Below are positions 10,775-22,815 of a DNA stretch of 33,738 nt, piece after piece. The stretch covers positions 1-33,738 of the forward strand of contig JAUCBJ010002376.1 in the NCBI GenBank assembly GCA_032718475.1. The letters are read 5' to 3'. Both the position numbers and the translations under genes were made by a program. The number at the start of each line of letters is the position of its first letter. Within the stretch, counting starts at the first letter, position 1. Source of the DNA: Nemertoderma westbladi. Its lineage: Eukaryota > Animalia > Xenacoelomorpha. The notes beneath the pieces were generated by a model that was not told the origin of the DNA, ran no database searches, and saw only the letters and a list, made by a program, of their open reading frames with translations.

Positions 10775-13700
10775 CTGGATCCCCGACCTAGCTGTATACA
10801 TACATATCGTCCAGTTTCACAATGATCTGGATCTCCGACCTAGCTGTACATACATATATCGTCCAGTTTGACAATGATCTGGATCCCAGACCTAGCTGTA
10901 TACATACATATCGTCCAGTTTCACAATGATCTGGATCTCCGACCTAGCTGTACATACATATCGTCCAGTTTGACAATGATCTGGATCTCCGACCTAGGTG
11001 TACATACATATCGTCCAGTTTGAAAATGATCTGGATCCCCGACCTAGCTGTATACATACATATCGTCCAGTTTCACAATGATCTGGATCTCCGACCTAGC
11101 TGTACATACATGTCGTCCAGTTTGACAATGATCTGGATCTCCGACCTAGCTGTACATACATATCGTCCAGTTTGACAATGATCTGGATCCCCGACCTAGC
11201 TGTACATACATATCGTCCAGTTTGACAATGATCTGGATCCCCGACCTAGCGTACATACATATCGTCCAGTTTGACAATGATCTGGATCTCCGACCTAGCT
11301 TTACATACATATCGTCCAGTTTCACAATGATCTGGATCTCCGACCTAGCTGTACATACATATCGTCCAGTTTCACAATGATCTGGATCTCCGACCTAGCT
11401 GTACATACATATCGTCCAGTTTGACAATGATCTGGATCCCCGACCTAGCTGTATACATACATATCGTCCAGTTTCACAATGATCTGGATCTCCGACCTAG
11501 CTGTACATACATATCGTCCAGTTTGACAATGATCTGGATCCCAGACCTAGCTGTATACATACATATCGTCCAGTTTCACAATGATCTGGATCTCCGACCT
11601 AGCTGTACATACATATCGTCCAGTTTGACAATGATCTGGATCTCCGACCTAGGTGTACATACATATCGTCCAGTTTGACAATGATCTGGATCCCCGACCT
11701 AGCTGTACATACATATCGTCCAGTTTGACAATGATCTGGATCTCCGACCTAGCTGTACATACATATCGTCCAGTTTGACAATGATCTGGATCCCCGACCT
11801 AGCTGTATACATACATATCGTCCAGTTTCACAATGATCTAGATCTCCGACCTAGCTGTACATACATATCGTCCAGTTTGACAATGATCTGGATCCCAGAC
11901 CTAGCTGTATACATACATATCGTCCAGTTTCACAATGATCTGGATCTCCGACCTAGCTGTACATACATATATCGTCCAGTTTGACAATGATCTGGATCCC
12001 AGACCTAGCTGTATACATACATATCGTCCAGTTTCACAATGATCTGGATCTCCGACCTAGCTGTACATACATATCGTCCAGTTTGACAATGATCTGGATC
12101 TCCGACCTAGGTGTACATACATATCGTCCAGTTTGAAAATGATCTGGATCCCCGACCTAGCTGTACATACATATCGTCCAGTTTGACAATGATCTGGATC
12201 TCCGACCTAGCTGTACATACATATCGTCCAGTTTGACAATGATCTGGATCCCCGACCTAGCTGTACATACATATCGTCCAGTTTGACAATGATCTGGATC
12301 CCCGACCTAGCTGTACATACATATCGTCCAGTTTGACAATTATCTGGATCCCCGACCTAGCTGTATACATACATATCGTCCAGTTTCACAATGATCTGGA
12401 TCTCCGACCTAGCTGTACATACATATCGTCCAGTTTGACAATGATCTGGATCCCCGACCTAGCTGTACATACATATCGTCCAGTTTGACAATGATCTGGA
12501 TCCCAGACCTAGCTGTATACATACATATCGTCCAGTTTGACAATGATCTGGATCTCCGACCTAGCTGTACATACATATCGTCCAGTTTGACAATGATCTG
12601 GATCTCCGACCTAGGTGTACAAACATATCGTCCAGTTTGACAATGATCTGGATCCCCGACCTAGCTGTACATACATATCGTCCAGTTTGACAATGATCTG
12701 GATCTCCGACCTAGCTGTACATACATATCGTCCAGTTTGACAATGATCTGGATCCCCGACCTAGCTGTATACATACATATCGTCCAGTTTCACAATGATC
12801 TAGATCTCCGACCTAGCTGTACATACATATCGTCCAGTTTGACAATGATCTGGATCCCAGACCTAGCTGTATACATACATATCGTCCAGTTTCACAATGA
12901 TCTGGATCTCCGACCTAGCTGTACATACATATCGTCCAGTTTAACAATGATCTGGATCTCCGACCTAGCTTTACATACATATCGTCCAGTTTGACAATGA
13001 TCTGGATCCCCGATCTAGCTGTACATACATATCGTCAAGTTTGACAATGATCTGGATCCCCGACCTAGGTGTACATACATATCGTCCAGTTTGAAAATGA
13101 TCTGGATCCCCGACCTAGCTGTACATACATATCGTCCAGTTTGACAATGATCTGGATCCCCGACCTAGCTGTATACATACATATCGTCCAGTTTCACAAT
13201 GATCTGGATCTCCGACCTAGCTGTACATACATATCGTCCAGTTTGACAATGATCTGGATCCCCGACCTAGCTGTATACATACATATCGTCCAGTTTCACA
13301 ATGATCTGGATCTCCGACCTAGCTGTACATACATATCGTCCAGTTTGACAATGATCTGGATCCCAGACCTAGCTGTATACATACATATCGTCCAGTTTCA
13401 CAATGATCTGGATCTCCGACCTAGCTGTACATACATATCGTCCAGTTTGACAATGATCTGGATCTCCGACCTAGGTGTACATACATATCGTCCAGTTTGA
13501 CAATGATCTGGATCCCCGACCTAGCTGTACATACATATTGTCCAGTTTGACAATGATCTGCATCTCCGACCTAGCTGTACATACATATCGTCCAGTTTGA
13601 CAATGATCTGGATCCCCGACCTAGCTGTATACATACATATCGTCCAGTTTCACAATGATCTAGATCTCCGACCTAGCTGTACATACATATCGTCCAGTTT

Positions 13701-14247
13701 GACAATGATCTGGATCCCAGACCTAGCTGTATACATACATATCGTCCAGTTTCACAATGATCTGGATCTCCGACCTAGCTGTACATACATATCGTCCAGT
13801 TTCACAATGATCTGGATCTCCGACCTAGCTGTACATACATATCGTCCAGTTTCACAATGATCTGGATCTCCGACCTAGCTTTACATACATATCGTCCAGT
13901 TTGACAATGATCTGGATCCCCGATCTAGCTGTACATACATATCGTCCAGTTTGACAATGATCTGGATCCCCGACCTTTGCTGTACATGTACATATCGTCC
14001 AGTTTCACAATGATCTGGATCTTGGACCTAGCTGTACATACATATCGTCCAGTTTGACAATGATATGGATCTCCGACCTAGCTTTACATACATATCGTCC
14101 AGTTTCACAATGATCTGGATCCCCGATCTAGCTGTACATACATGTCGTCCAGTTTCACAATGATCTGGATCTTGGACCTAGCTGTACATACATATCGTCC
14201 AGTTTGACAATGATCTGGATCTCGGACCTAGCTCTGTACATACATAT
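10775..14247. repeat. Tandem satellite, 50-bp unit with 52-bp variant, roughly 68-69 copies
   Basis: Unit gatctggat(c)(c/t)ccgacctagctgta(ta)catacatatcgtccagttt(g/c)acaat; very homogeneous, more diverged at the right end. Confidence 0.98.
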
Positions 14248-14277
14248 TGCCTCCCGATTTATTAGATGTTCACTCAC

Positions 14278-14373
14278 CAACAACGTTTAAAGGAATGCCG
14301 TTCACAGGGGGGGCCGGTGGATTATCGCATCCTCGTATGCATCTATAGTTAGGCATTGTATTCCATTTACCTC
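14278..14373 (-). CDS. Exon of Sushi/CCP gene (end of CCP module 1, start of module 2)
   Basis: gacacag|GA...TTG|gtgagt; 96 nt, phase 1-1; (G)GKWNTMPNYRCIRGCDNPPAPPVNGIPLNVV; joins in frame to exon 528-658. Confidence 0.85.
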
Positions 14374-14561
14374 CTGTGTCAATAAATTATTTATTACATA
14401 CTACCGCCGTTAGTACTCACTCCCACATATTCCTCATACTCTTACAATAACTCATTACCTACAACTCGTCAGCAAATCGTAATCCGAAATTAATTAATTA
14501 ACTGTTGCGAGTGAGTAATGTATGCATGATAAAGGCTAAACTAAAAAACATTTATAATTAC

Positions 14562-14735
14562 CTTCCATACATTCCAAAACAACGGGTGCCCCAGTTGATA
14601 CATGATATCCCCGGGTGCAACCATACAATAGTTTCTCCCCCACCACGAGGTCTTTCGACTTTGGGACAACAGACATGATGTAAGCATTAGGGTCTGTGAC
14701 TGGCGGCGCCTCACCACATTGCTGACCACACTTTC
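14562..14735 (-). CDS. Exon of Sushi/CCP gene (most of CCP module 1)
   Basis: atttacag|GA...GAAG|gtaatt; 174 nt, phase 1-1; KCGQQCGEAPPVTDPNAYIMSVVPKSKDLVVGEKLLYGCTRGYHVSTGAPVVLECME, continuing into GGKW...C. Confidence 0.85.
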
Positions 14736-14764
14736 CTGTAAATCAAGGAATATTAAACAATTAC

Positions 14765-14957
14765 TTTGTTGAGGTCCGCACCACCTCCAGGTGTTGCGGA
14801 CAAATTCGACCTATTAACTTTAAATATTTTTCCTTTGTCGGAATTGTCCAGGTTATTATTATTACATTTTTAGATGTGGAGGTAACCCAATTTGTAAAAA
14901 TTATTAAAACTTACCTTATGCCGATAGTATTGATACTGATATATTAATGTATCATGT
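14765..14957 (-). CDS. Two small upstream exons of the CCP gene (14915-14957 and 14765-14810)
   Basis: ttgtag|A CAT...AAG|gtaagt (HDTLIYQYQYYRHK, phase 2-0) and taatag|GTC...CAA A|gtaatt (VEFVRNTWRWCGPQQ, phase 0-1); phases chain into exon 14562-14735; no domain similarity recognised. Confidence 0.55.
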
Positions 14958-15144
14958 CTACAACGCCTTAACGAAATTATTTAGCTACTATATTCTAAAG
15001 AATCACGATTTAATTCAGCCAATCATTTTGCAAGATAAAGCAAGCTGGCTTATTAGTTACACTGAGTAGTGCCTGCCTCATGTCCTATAGATGTAATTAC
15101 CCATTGCCAAATCAATCGCTTAAAACTACAATTATTGTAAATAC

Positions 15145-15941
15145 AAACCCAAAGCGCACAATACAACTCTGAGTAACGTGTCTAGTGAATCATAAATAAA
15201 CTCATCAGGTTTTCCAGGTTTGTCTCCTACAACCAGTTCTTCTTCTCCTTTAACTTTACAACTACAGATTAATAAAATTAATACTCCAATTAATATTCGT
15301 AATTGCATCATTTTTCCCCCTACTATCCTAGCTACAACTAAATCAAAAAAATATTTCTTTTAGTAAAAATTAAAATTAAAAAAATAATAATTTAATAAAG
15401 TTTCCAGAATAATGTACCTTAGCAATTGAATAACTAGGCCCAATGTAATTTACATTAGTATTTAGTACAATGATTAATTGTATTTATTTGGGATAATATT
15501 CTTAATTTGATGAATTTCAGCACTAAAATTATCATTACTTTTTTTGTATTATTATTAATTACTCTCTTAATTTATTAGTTAATTAAGTAACCCTTAAAAG
15601 GCTTGCTAGTAGGTATGTAAATCCAACACAAACTAAAAAGCAAGATCAACTTACCATTGTCCTTTTCCGGAAGAGACAGGAAGCTGTGGCCATATTGCGG
15701 ATTGAACGAGATCAACAGTTCATTGCGCCGTAAGACAATTCCTTACCCATTTCCGCTCTACTATTGAACGGCGCAGTCTTCCTTACATAATATTGGTTTA
15801 AACCAACAATAAAGAAACAAGGGGATGCATGAGGATGGGGGTGTGGGGAAATCCCATCACGCAAATTAATATATTTTATCAGTGAATTAACAATGTTAAT
15901 TGTCAATAGGGGAAGGAGCAGATTGCAATATGAAATTCGAA
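15145..15941 (-). CDS. Candidate further upstream exons of the CCP gene (15787-15941, 15655-15683, 15145-15261)
   Basis: AG/GT-bounded open segments with chaining phases 1-0, 0-2, 2-2: RISYCNLLLPLLTINIVNSLIKY...LNQYY (signal-peptide-like hydrophobic start), LPVSSGKGQ, CKVKGEEELVVGDKPGKPDEFIYDSLDTLLRVVLCALG; alternative donors exist, and the first segment has no in-frame ATG. Confidence 0.35.
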
Positions 15942-16179
15942 CTAACCAGAACAATAATTTAATTTTTCAGTTTATTCAGCTGTTTTGCATCGAATTTCTC
16001 CTAGAGAGGGATGAATTTTGGTTGCCTCAAGAGTCCCCCCCCCCCCCCCCCCTGATTCACAGTGAACCAACCGGATCAAAGAATTTATGTCATTATGTTC
16101 GAGTGAGATAGATTAGTCATAACATATATTAAATGCCGCACCAAAGCAGTGCATTACGTTTAATGAATATTAAATTAAG

Positions 16180-16334
16180 TGTTCAGAAGTGAAAGAATGG
16201 ACCTTGAACCAGCACAGGGCCGTTTCGGGTTACCTTTACCAACAGTGCAGCAAGACGGTACTTCCCAAACCCGACCATCACAGCACTGGTTCGAATCCTG
16301 ACGTCATCCTCCCATATTTTTTCACTTCTGAACA
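16180..16334. mobile_element. Small inverted-repeat element with an internal Pol III B-box-like motif
   Basis: 15-bp perfect IR tgttcagaagtgaaa / tttcacttctgaaca; inner arms gaaccag / ctggttc; ggttcgaatcc inside. Confidence 0.55.
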
Positions 16335-17872
16335 ATTCAAACTTCTTATCGAAACTCAACCCTAATTTATAAGGTAATTAAAGTAAGTTAAACTTAAAAT
16401 ATTAAAATTTTCGCTTGTCATGGAAATTCGATTATACAAAAAACATCCAAACCAGTGTTAATAAACACTGTAACTTTGTAACTTATCACACATTTCGGAA
16501 TTCAATTAAGCACATAATTTTCTTTACATTTGCAGTATGTAAATTGGAGAAAGGATAGTTTTGTTCTCGTAAATTTTTGTGAAATTTTCACATTCCAAAT
16601 CAAAGATTTCACAGTCCAAAATCAAAGTTTCACACTCATTTTCAAACTGTATTTTTCACATATTAATAGGTTTATTCAGTTCCACACAATAACATAATAT
16701 TTAATTAATTAAATTGTAAAAAACCAAGTTGCTAATGCATTTCATAAGGGGTGGGATCAATATAAATAAACACTAAGGTTCTGTAACAGTTGGTGGGACC
16801 ACTTGAATATGTCTGTAGTAAAGGGGTTCCTAGTTGTAGTTTAAAGTAAAAAAAATGTTTTTTGAGATTCAGACCCAGCACGATCTTCGCAACAAAAAAC
16901 AGGGTGGCCTTAATTTTCCATCGTTGCAAGCATTAAATTGTATTCTAAAATTAATGACTCATTTAAGATACATTGTTAGTTTGATATTAATTTGTCGAGG
17001 TTGATATTGTTTATTGTTTGTGTTGATATTTTAGAATTATCAACTAGACCGACAAACTCCATTTCAGAGTTTCACATTCAATTCGAAAAGTTTCACATTG
17101 ATTTTCACTCCAAAATTAAAATAAACCTGATGGGGAGTTAATTAGAAATTAAAATGATAACATGGTAATAACCAGTTTCACATTTATAACTGAAAACTTG
17201 TGAATTGAATATTCCGGTCCCGAGAATGGCCAACCATCTAATCGTTTAAATATTTAATTTCATGATCCTCACATTATTATTCGATTGCTACAAGAAACCA
17301 ATGATATATAATAACGTAAATATGTTTCTTCATCTTGACAACATGGATATATTACATAAACTACAGTATGCACTTGCAGCACCAAACATTAACAGTTAAT
17401 CAATTATATTACATTATAACCAAACCACTAAACATTAGCCTATAATAAAGATAATCAAATTGTAACGTAATGAGACGTCATGGACTCATGGGATGGGACA
17501 GCAGTAATTCCAGCACGTGGTAGAGGGGAAAATTATGACATTTTGAATGCAGCGTAATAGATGTGGTGCGTGGTACTCAGTACTCACTGAGTAGTATAAC
17601 TTTATTTACTTACATACACCAATAAGCCATACGCGCGCACATATTTGTAACTTTCTCGGCAAGAAAAAATCATTCACTTTCAAAATTATTAATTTACACA
17701 TCAGCATTCCAAACACACAATAAGTAGCAACGAGTCAACATAATTTATCCTTGCTCAAGCCTAAGCGGTAGGGCACGTTAGGTAAGTACTTAACAAAATA
17801 AATCGTAAATATATAATACATCGTTCAATACTACACTACATCTCCTGCCACCATTTACTAAATAGAGATATA

Positions 17873-18240
17873 CAGAGACGGATTTAGGAATAGGCCAACC
17901 AGGGCATGGCCGCTAGGGCCTCTCAGAACTAGAGGGTCCGTCCCCCTCACACAAAACTGCTATGGCAGTCTGACCTTGTAGATTACAAACATTTAAAAAT
18001 CGCATTCTTATCTTAATATAATCATAAAGTTAAGTTTTCTTCGGCCGTTAGGCCCGGAATCACCAGTTCGGTCCCCCCACAACTATTATACTCCCAAGAG
18101 GATTGGCAGAAATTGGAAATTATTTATGAAAGTGCCATACAAATATTGAAAAATTTGCCTTGACCCTAGCCCTAAAAATTTAAAACAAATTCACGTAAAC
18201 AATCAAATACCCTGAGCCCCACAACCTAAATCCGACCCTG
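17873..18240. mobile_element. Old hAT-type MITE just downstream of ferritin
   Basis: Imperfect TIRs cagagacggatttagg / cctaaatccgaccctg, similar to those of the 3545 element; degenerate 8-bp TSD gagatata / gagaatta. Confidence 0.65.
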
Positions 18241-18393
18241 GAGAATTAGGTCTAAAAGTAGAAATCGCTTCCAAAACAGAACTTCAGAAGCAACCTATAT
18301 ATTTTATATATCGCTACTTATAATATTTAAAGAACTTGTGACCTCGCGCAGCACAAACACGCCTAAACCTGTAAACTCCGGTAACGGTACTTA

Positions 18394-18915
18394 TTATTCC
18401 CCACCTTCCAGAGTCTCATGATCGAAGAGGTACTCTCCAAGTCCTCCTTTGACTCGTTTAAGATTGGTAATGTGGTTGGAAATCTGCTTAATCGAGTCCA
18501 CCTGCTCCTCTAGAAACGGATCCTCGATAAAATCACAGAACTGAGCGTCCCCGTGGCTTCCGGCGGTGGCATGCAACGCCAGTAACGACGCGTTCACTTT
18601 CTTCTCCAACTCCAGCGCGGATTGCATCGCATCCAAGCCGCTTCCCCACTCGTCCTTCGACGGTTTAACGACATCCGTCAGCACTACCCGACCGCCCCGA
18701 AGGTTCTGATAGTTCATAAACTTCTGGGCGTGGTCCCTCTCCTCCTGCGATTGGTGTTTAAAGTATTTGCTGAATCCCGGTAAGGCAACGTCGTCTCGGT
18801 CGAAGTAAACACTCATCGACTGGTAAACGTAACTCGCGTGGAGTTCGAGGTTTATTTGTTCGTTGAGTTTATTTTCCGATTCTTCGTGAAAGTTTTGTTT
18901 GCATTGCGACTCCAT
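18394..18915 (-). CDS. Cytosolic ferritin, heavy-chain type (173 aa), CDS without introns
   Basis: QINLELHASYVY, FDRDDVALPGF, EERDHA, QNLRGGR, ALELEKKVN, LEEQV, GLGEYLFD; equivalents of ferroxidase residues E27, Y34, E61, E62, H65, E107 and Q141 all present; no signal peptide. Confidence 0.97.
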   Translation of the reverse strand: MESQCKQNFHEESENKLNEQINLELHASYVYQSMSVYFDRDDVALPGFSKYFKHQSQEERDHAQKFMNYQNLRGGRVVLTDVVKPSKDEWGSGLDAMQSALELEKKVNASLLALHATAGSHGDAQFCDFIEDPFLEEQVDSIKQISNHITNLKRVKGGLGEYLFDHETLEGGE

Positions 18916-20499
18916 GATTGATGATGCTTGAGCCTGTGATGGTGACGTGCTAATGATATCACAATAGGCCTACAGGCAGTACAGGCTACCGGTACAGCAA
19001 TAAACAATAAAATAAAAAATCACGAAGAGACTTCAACCTGACAAAGTAAGCCGGTAACTTTCAAACAGTCAATCTACAATCACCTATCCCTGTATCCCTG
19101 CTATTTGCTATTGGTGGCCGAGATTGTAGATGGAATACCTACTGCACTGTTATGTCAGGTCAGTATGTTCTGATGTTCCGATATCTATCAGTCAGTCAGT
19201 CTATTGGGTACCTCCAGCTCCAGACAGCCAGAAGAACTTATTTTTGAAGGTCGTCGACTCTGCACTCTGGGAATTCGAAACACCAGAGTCAGTTGGAGTT
19301 TATGACGGTATTACTATATTAGTACCGGTACGTTTGAACGACACTAGTACAGTAGTCTGGTAGTAGACTAGCCAAACAATCCTGAAATCAGATAAAAACT
19401 ATAAAAATTGGTAGGCCTACTGGTAAAGCAGTATTGTTCGCCATCTTGAGGACAATGCGAATATTGTCTTAAATTACTGTATTACAGTATTATATTGTAA
19501 TTGTATTATACTAGAAAAAACTACTACTGTATTTACTGTATTGGGCAGTATATATCAGGCCTGTATTCCATGGACCAACAGTACATAGGCCCTACAGCCC
19601 TACGGAAAAATATGGAAATATTTTTCCGCGGTCTTCTGCGTTTGTAAAATCAACGAATAAATTTTCCCTAATTACTACCTACTCTGTACACGACCGTGCA
19701 GCTGGGGTTATTGAAGTTTATTGCATTTTATTAGCATACATTATTCCAGTAGATTATAGTCTTGGAGCCACAACATTAACCACCAGGCAGCCAGGAAATA
19801 TGAATAATTTTAGAATCTTTAATCTCGCCAAATACACAGTCTGACAGTACATAGTTCAATCAAACGTACATTTTCCTAAAAATGGTCGAAATCAACCTAC
19901 AGTACACATCGTACTGTACAACGTTACCCCGTGAGATAGTGCGTCGTAATTCAGTGATAAAGACCCCAGGCCATGATTCAGATTGTGGCAGGGCAGACCC
20001 TAGGCAATTACTCTGTTGCTTTATATGAGGCCCGTTATTCAAATTCGTTTCAAATTTTTCGGGGCAGTGTTAGGGTTATCGCTAATTTTTAAATATTTTT
20101 CCTGCCAGGCACTTTCATAAATGACAATTAACATAAAAAAGCTATAGTTCTAGAACTTTTTTTTAAAAAATAACAAAAACTAGATAGTATAAAAATTTGG
20201 AGGAGGGTGTGCCAAAAACACAGTACAGTACAGCAGTAGTACCGATTGGGGAGTAAGTGTCAGTGGCATGATGGAGAATGCGAAATGAAATGAGAGATAC
20301 TGAACCGGTATGACTACAGTATGACAAGGGTTTCATAAGATCGTGGTAATATTTTGTCGTGCAAAGGTTATAGGTAAAGGTAATAATAGCTAGCCCATTA
20401 CACCGTAACTAGTTTTATCAATATAAAATGTTATTTTGGACCAAAAATCAGTAAAATAAGTAATCTAAAGGCAGAATTCATGAATGCATCAACAGACCT

Positions 20500-20993
20500 A
20501 CAGTAGATGCAGCCTTAACTGCATTCTAGGCCGCTGTAGTCTGTTTGAGTCGGGACTCTTTCTGCGCCGTATAGAGGTCATTTCGGTCACTTCTGAATTT
20601 TGTGGTCAGTCCAGGGGGCCCTTTTCCTGTTTCGAGGGTGTACAGGAACTGTTTCTGCAGCTGCTAACTTAACTGCTCCTGTGAAGGCAGTATAGCCCTC
20701 GCAGTGATCTGCCACCTCAGAGGCAAGAACCTCATACCTGTTGCTCAGCTGTAGTGTGAAGCTGGATCTCACACTTGGCTGTTGCAACAGAGAAGACCAG
20801 TCATGCCGCGGCAAGGCAGATTTCTTTGTACTGCTAGCACGCAGACTAAGTCTTACCTTGGCCACAATAAGGCGGTGATCACTGGAGAAGGGTCGAAGTG
20901 TAAAAGCATTTTTTTACAGTCTTGTATAGAGCTCCTGTATTTCCTACGAAACAGAATCTATCTGGGACTTGTGACCACTGGGTCCACTATGAA
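20500..20993 (-). mobile_element. Second RTE-family LINE fragment (end of APE endonuclease plus linker)
   Basis: KSQID...SSDHRLIVAKVRLSLR...LSNRYEVLASE...PWTD; clear nucleotide similarity to 2968-3325. Confidence 0.85.
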
Positions 20994-21586
20994 ATAAATA
21001 AATAAATCAGATTTAATGTGTTGAATAATAATTGATATTTTTTCTTTGGATTTAGATTTTATTTTTCACTCTCTCCCTCTCATTTCCCCTCAATTATATT
21101 TTTTGCCCCACTGATTTACGCCCCTTTTTTGGTTCTCTGGGGGGCTGTAGCCCCCCGTGGTGCATACAGTAGAGCCCGTGTCCCTCACCACTGACCCGGC
21201 CCCAGGCGACCCACCACTCTTTCCCGGCCCTAGTGTCATTTTTTGAGAACACGGACCCCCCCCCCCCCCCCCCCCCCACCAAAAAAAAATGTTTTACAGT
21301 ACAAAACTTTATCATTTATCATGGCCATTGCTGCATGGCCATGATTTTTTTTTCATTAATTACATATTGTTCCTGATATCATACAACCTCGAAAAAATTT
21401 TTTTTTTAATTTTTACCGTTTTTCATTAAAAAAATAAATAAAATAATGTAATATGTTAGCAATATTTAACATTTTTATTTAAAAAGAATAAAAATACATA
21501 TTTTTATCTTAAATCAGTAATCTTGGCTCAAATCGAACAAACTTTTTTTTTAAATATTCTACACATCGACCTGACTCTAAATATAA

Positions 21587-21798
21587 AGGCCATGATACAC
21601 CACAGGAGCGGCGAGCGGCAGCGGCGAGCGAGTTTTTTTTTTAAAAATAGAACACATTATTTTCTATGGGTGATGATACACCACAAATGGCTGCTGCCGC
21701 TCCTATAGTGTATCATACTAAAAGTCGCGGCTCACATCGGCCGCTCGCCGCGGCCGCCCGCCGATGCCGCTCGCCGCTCCTGTGGTGTATCATGGCCT
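21587..21798. mobile_element. PIF/Harbinger (Tourist-like) MITE
   Basis: 34-bp perfect TIR aggccatgatacaccacaggagcggcgagcggca / tgccgctcgccgctcctgtggtgtatcatggcct; TAA on both sides (21584-86, 21799-801). Confidence 0.88.
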
Positions 21799-21924
21799 TA
21801 ACATTAGTTTTGTGATACATACTTTCAGTTAAAATGTGGTACTTAAGAACATCATAAATTATTAAAAAATATACTACATATATAAATGTGACCTATACTA
21901 ATGTGAACAATACATTGTTCACAT

Positions 21925-22415
21925 TAGAATCAGCTTGTGGGGCGAGACACGTAGTCGTCGAGCCTTGGAATACGCTTCATATAGGCTCCAATCTGTTCGT
22001 CCGTACGCAAACACGTTTTTTAAAATTAATTCTTGAAAGCCAACAATCATTACTAGAATCAAACCAACTTTGTTATGCAGTCCGTTGAAAGAGTAGAAAT
22101 AATCTGAGTTTTTGTCAAAATGAGACAGTCTGACACTCAGTAAATACCGGTAGTTTCTGACTTTTGATAAAAACCGAAATAAGTCGCTCAATCAAAAATG
22201 ATGAATTAAACCAAACTTGTACTGTACGTATGAAGTCTATCAGAATTTTGGAAAGTATCTGAAGTTTGGTCAAAATAATACAGTCTGTCAGTCGGTACCG
22301 GAGGTTTCAGACTTTATATAAAAACCTAAATAAGTCGGGCAATTGCAGATGAAATTAAACCAAAAGTTGTACGTATACAGTCTCTCTCGTGCTGCGCGAA
22401 GTCCCCACGAACATG
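21925..22415 (+). mobile_element. Possible Helentron/DINE-1-like non-autonomous element with diverged ~155-bp internal repeats
   Basis: Subterminal IR gtgggg...ccccac, gttcgtccgtacg microsatellite-like seed, repeated block acagtctg..taccgg..gactt..aaaaacc.aaataagtcg..aattaaaccaaa at ~22125 and ~22280. Confidence 0.4.
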
Positions 22416-22815
22416 TACTGTAGGCCTAAATACGGTATCATACATATACATATCATTGCGTTACAAGGATTCCAAATATTGCAAGAATTATTGTTCATTT
22501 CTGTAAGTAAAATGAAATTTTTGTGAGCTGGACAACAGAAGTTCTATTTCGAATTTCAAGCAATATGATAAATGTTTGTAGAAAAATTTGTAGGAGGTGT
22601 CATCACAAAATGACACAATATTACGGGTCATTTAATGGACAATTTTCATGGTTGCTAGTATTTCTTTAAATTCAAAACTTGGAAGCATTACATCAGCTAC
22701 AGTACCACAGGAAATATATATAAAGGATTTGCCAGCGCATATGAACTGGAATCTGGTCTTTATATTTGAAAAGGTTCAAAATTCATAACACGTGAATTAC
22801 TATTAAAAATATCAA

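Noticed and set aside
10775-14247. CRISPR array, or repeat-protein ORFs (MTMIWIPDLAVYIH...)
   Set aside because: Units are contiguous with no unique spacers, the context is eukaryotic with no cas genes, and the ORFs are a by-product of the 102-bp dimer
10775-14247. Hammerhead ribozyme in the satellite (minus strand gaaac...ctggacga)
   Set aside because: The core is CUGGACGA rather than CUGANGA and the required three stems are not evident
17614-17630. Nearby first exon ATGGCTTATTGGTGTAT|gtaagt for the CCP gene
   Set aside because: It ends in phase 2, incompatible with the phase-1 acceptor at 15941
19140-19160. CAGTGC as a ferritin IRE loop (also CAGTGA at ~17585)
   Set aside because: No 5-bp upper stem with a C bulge; the second site is also downstream of the gene
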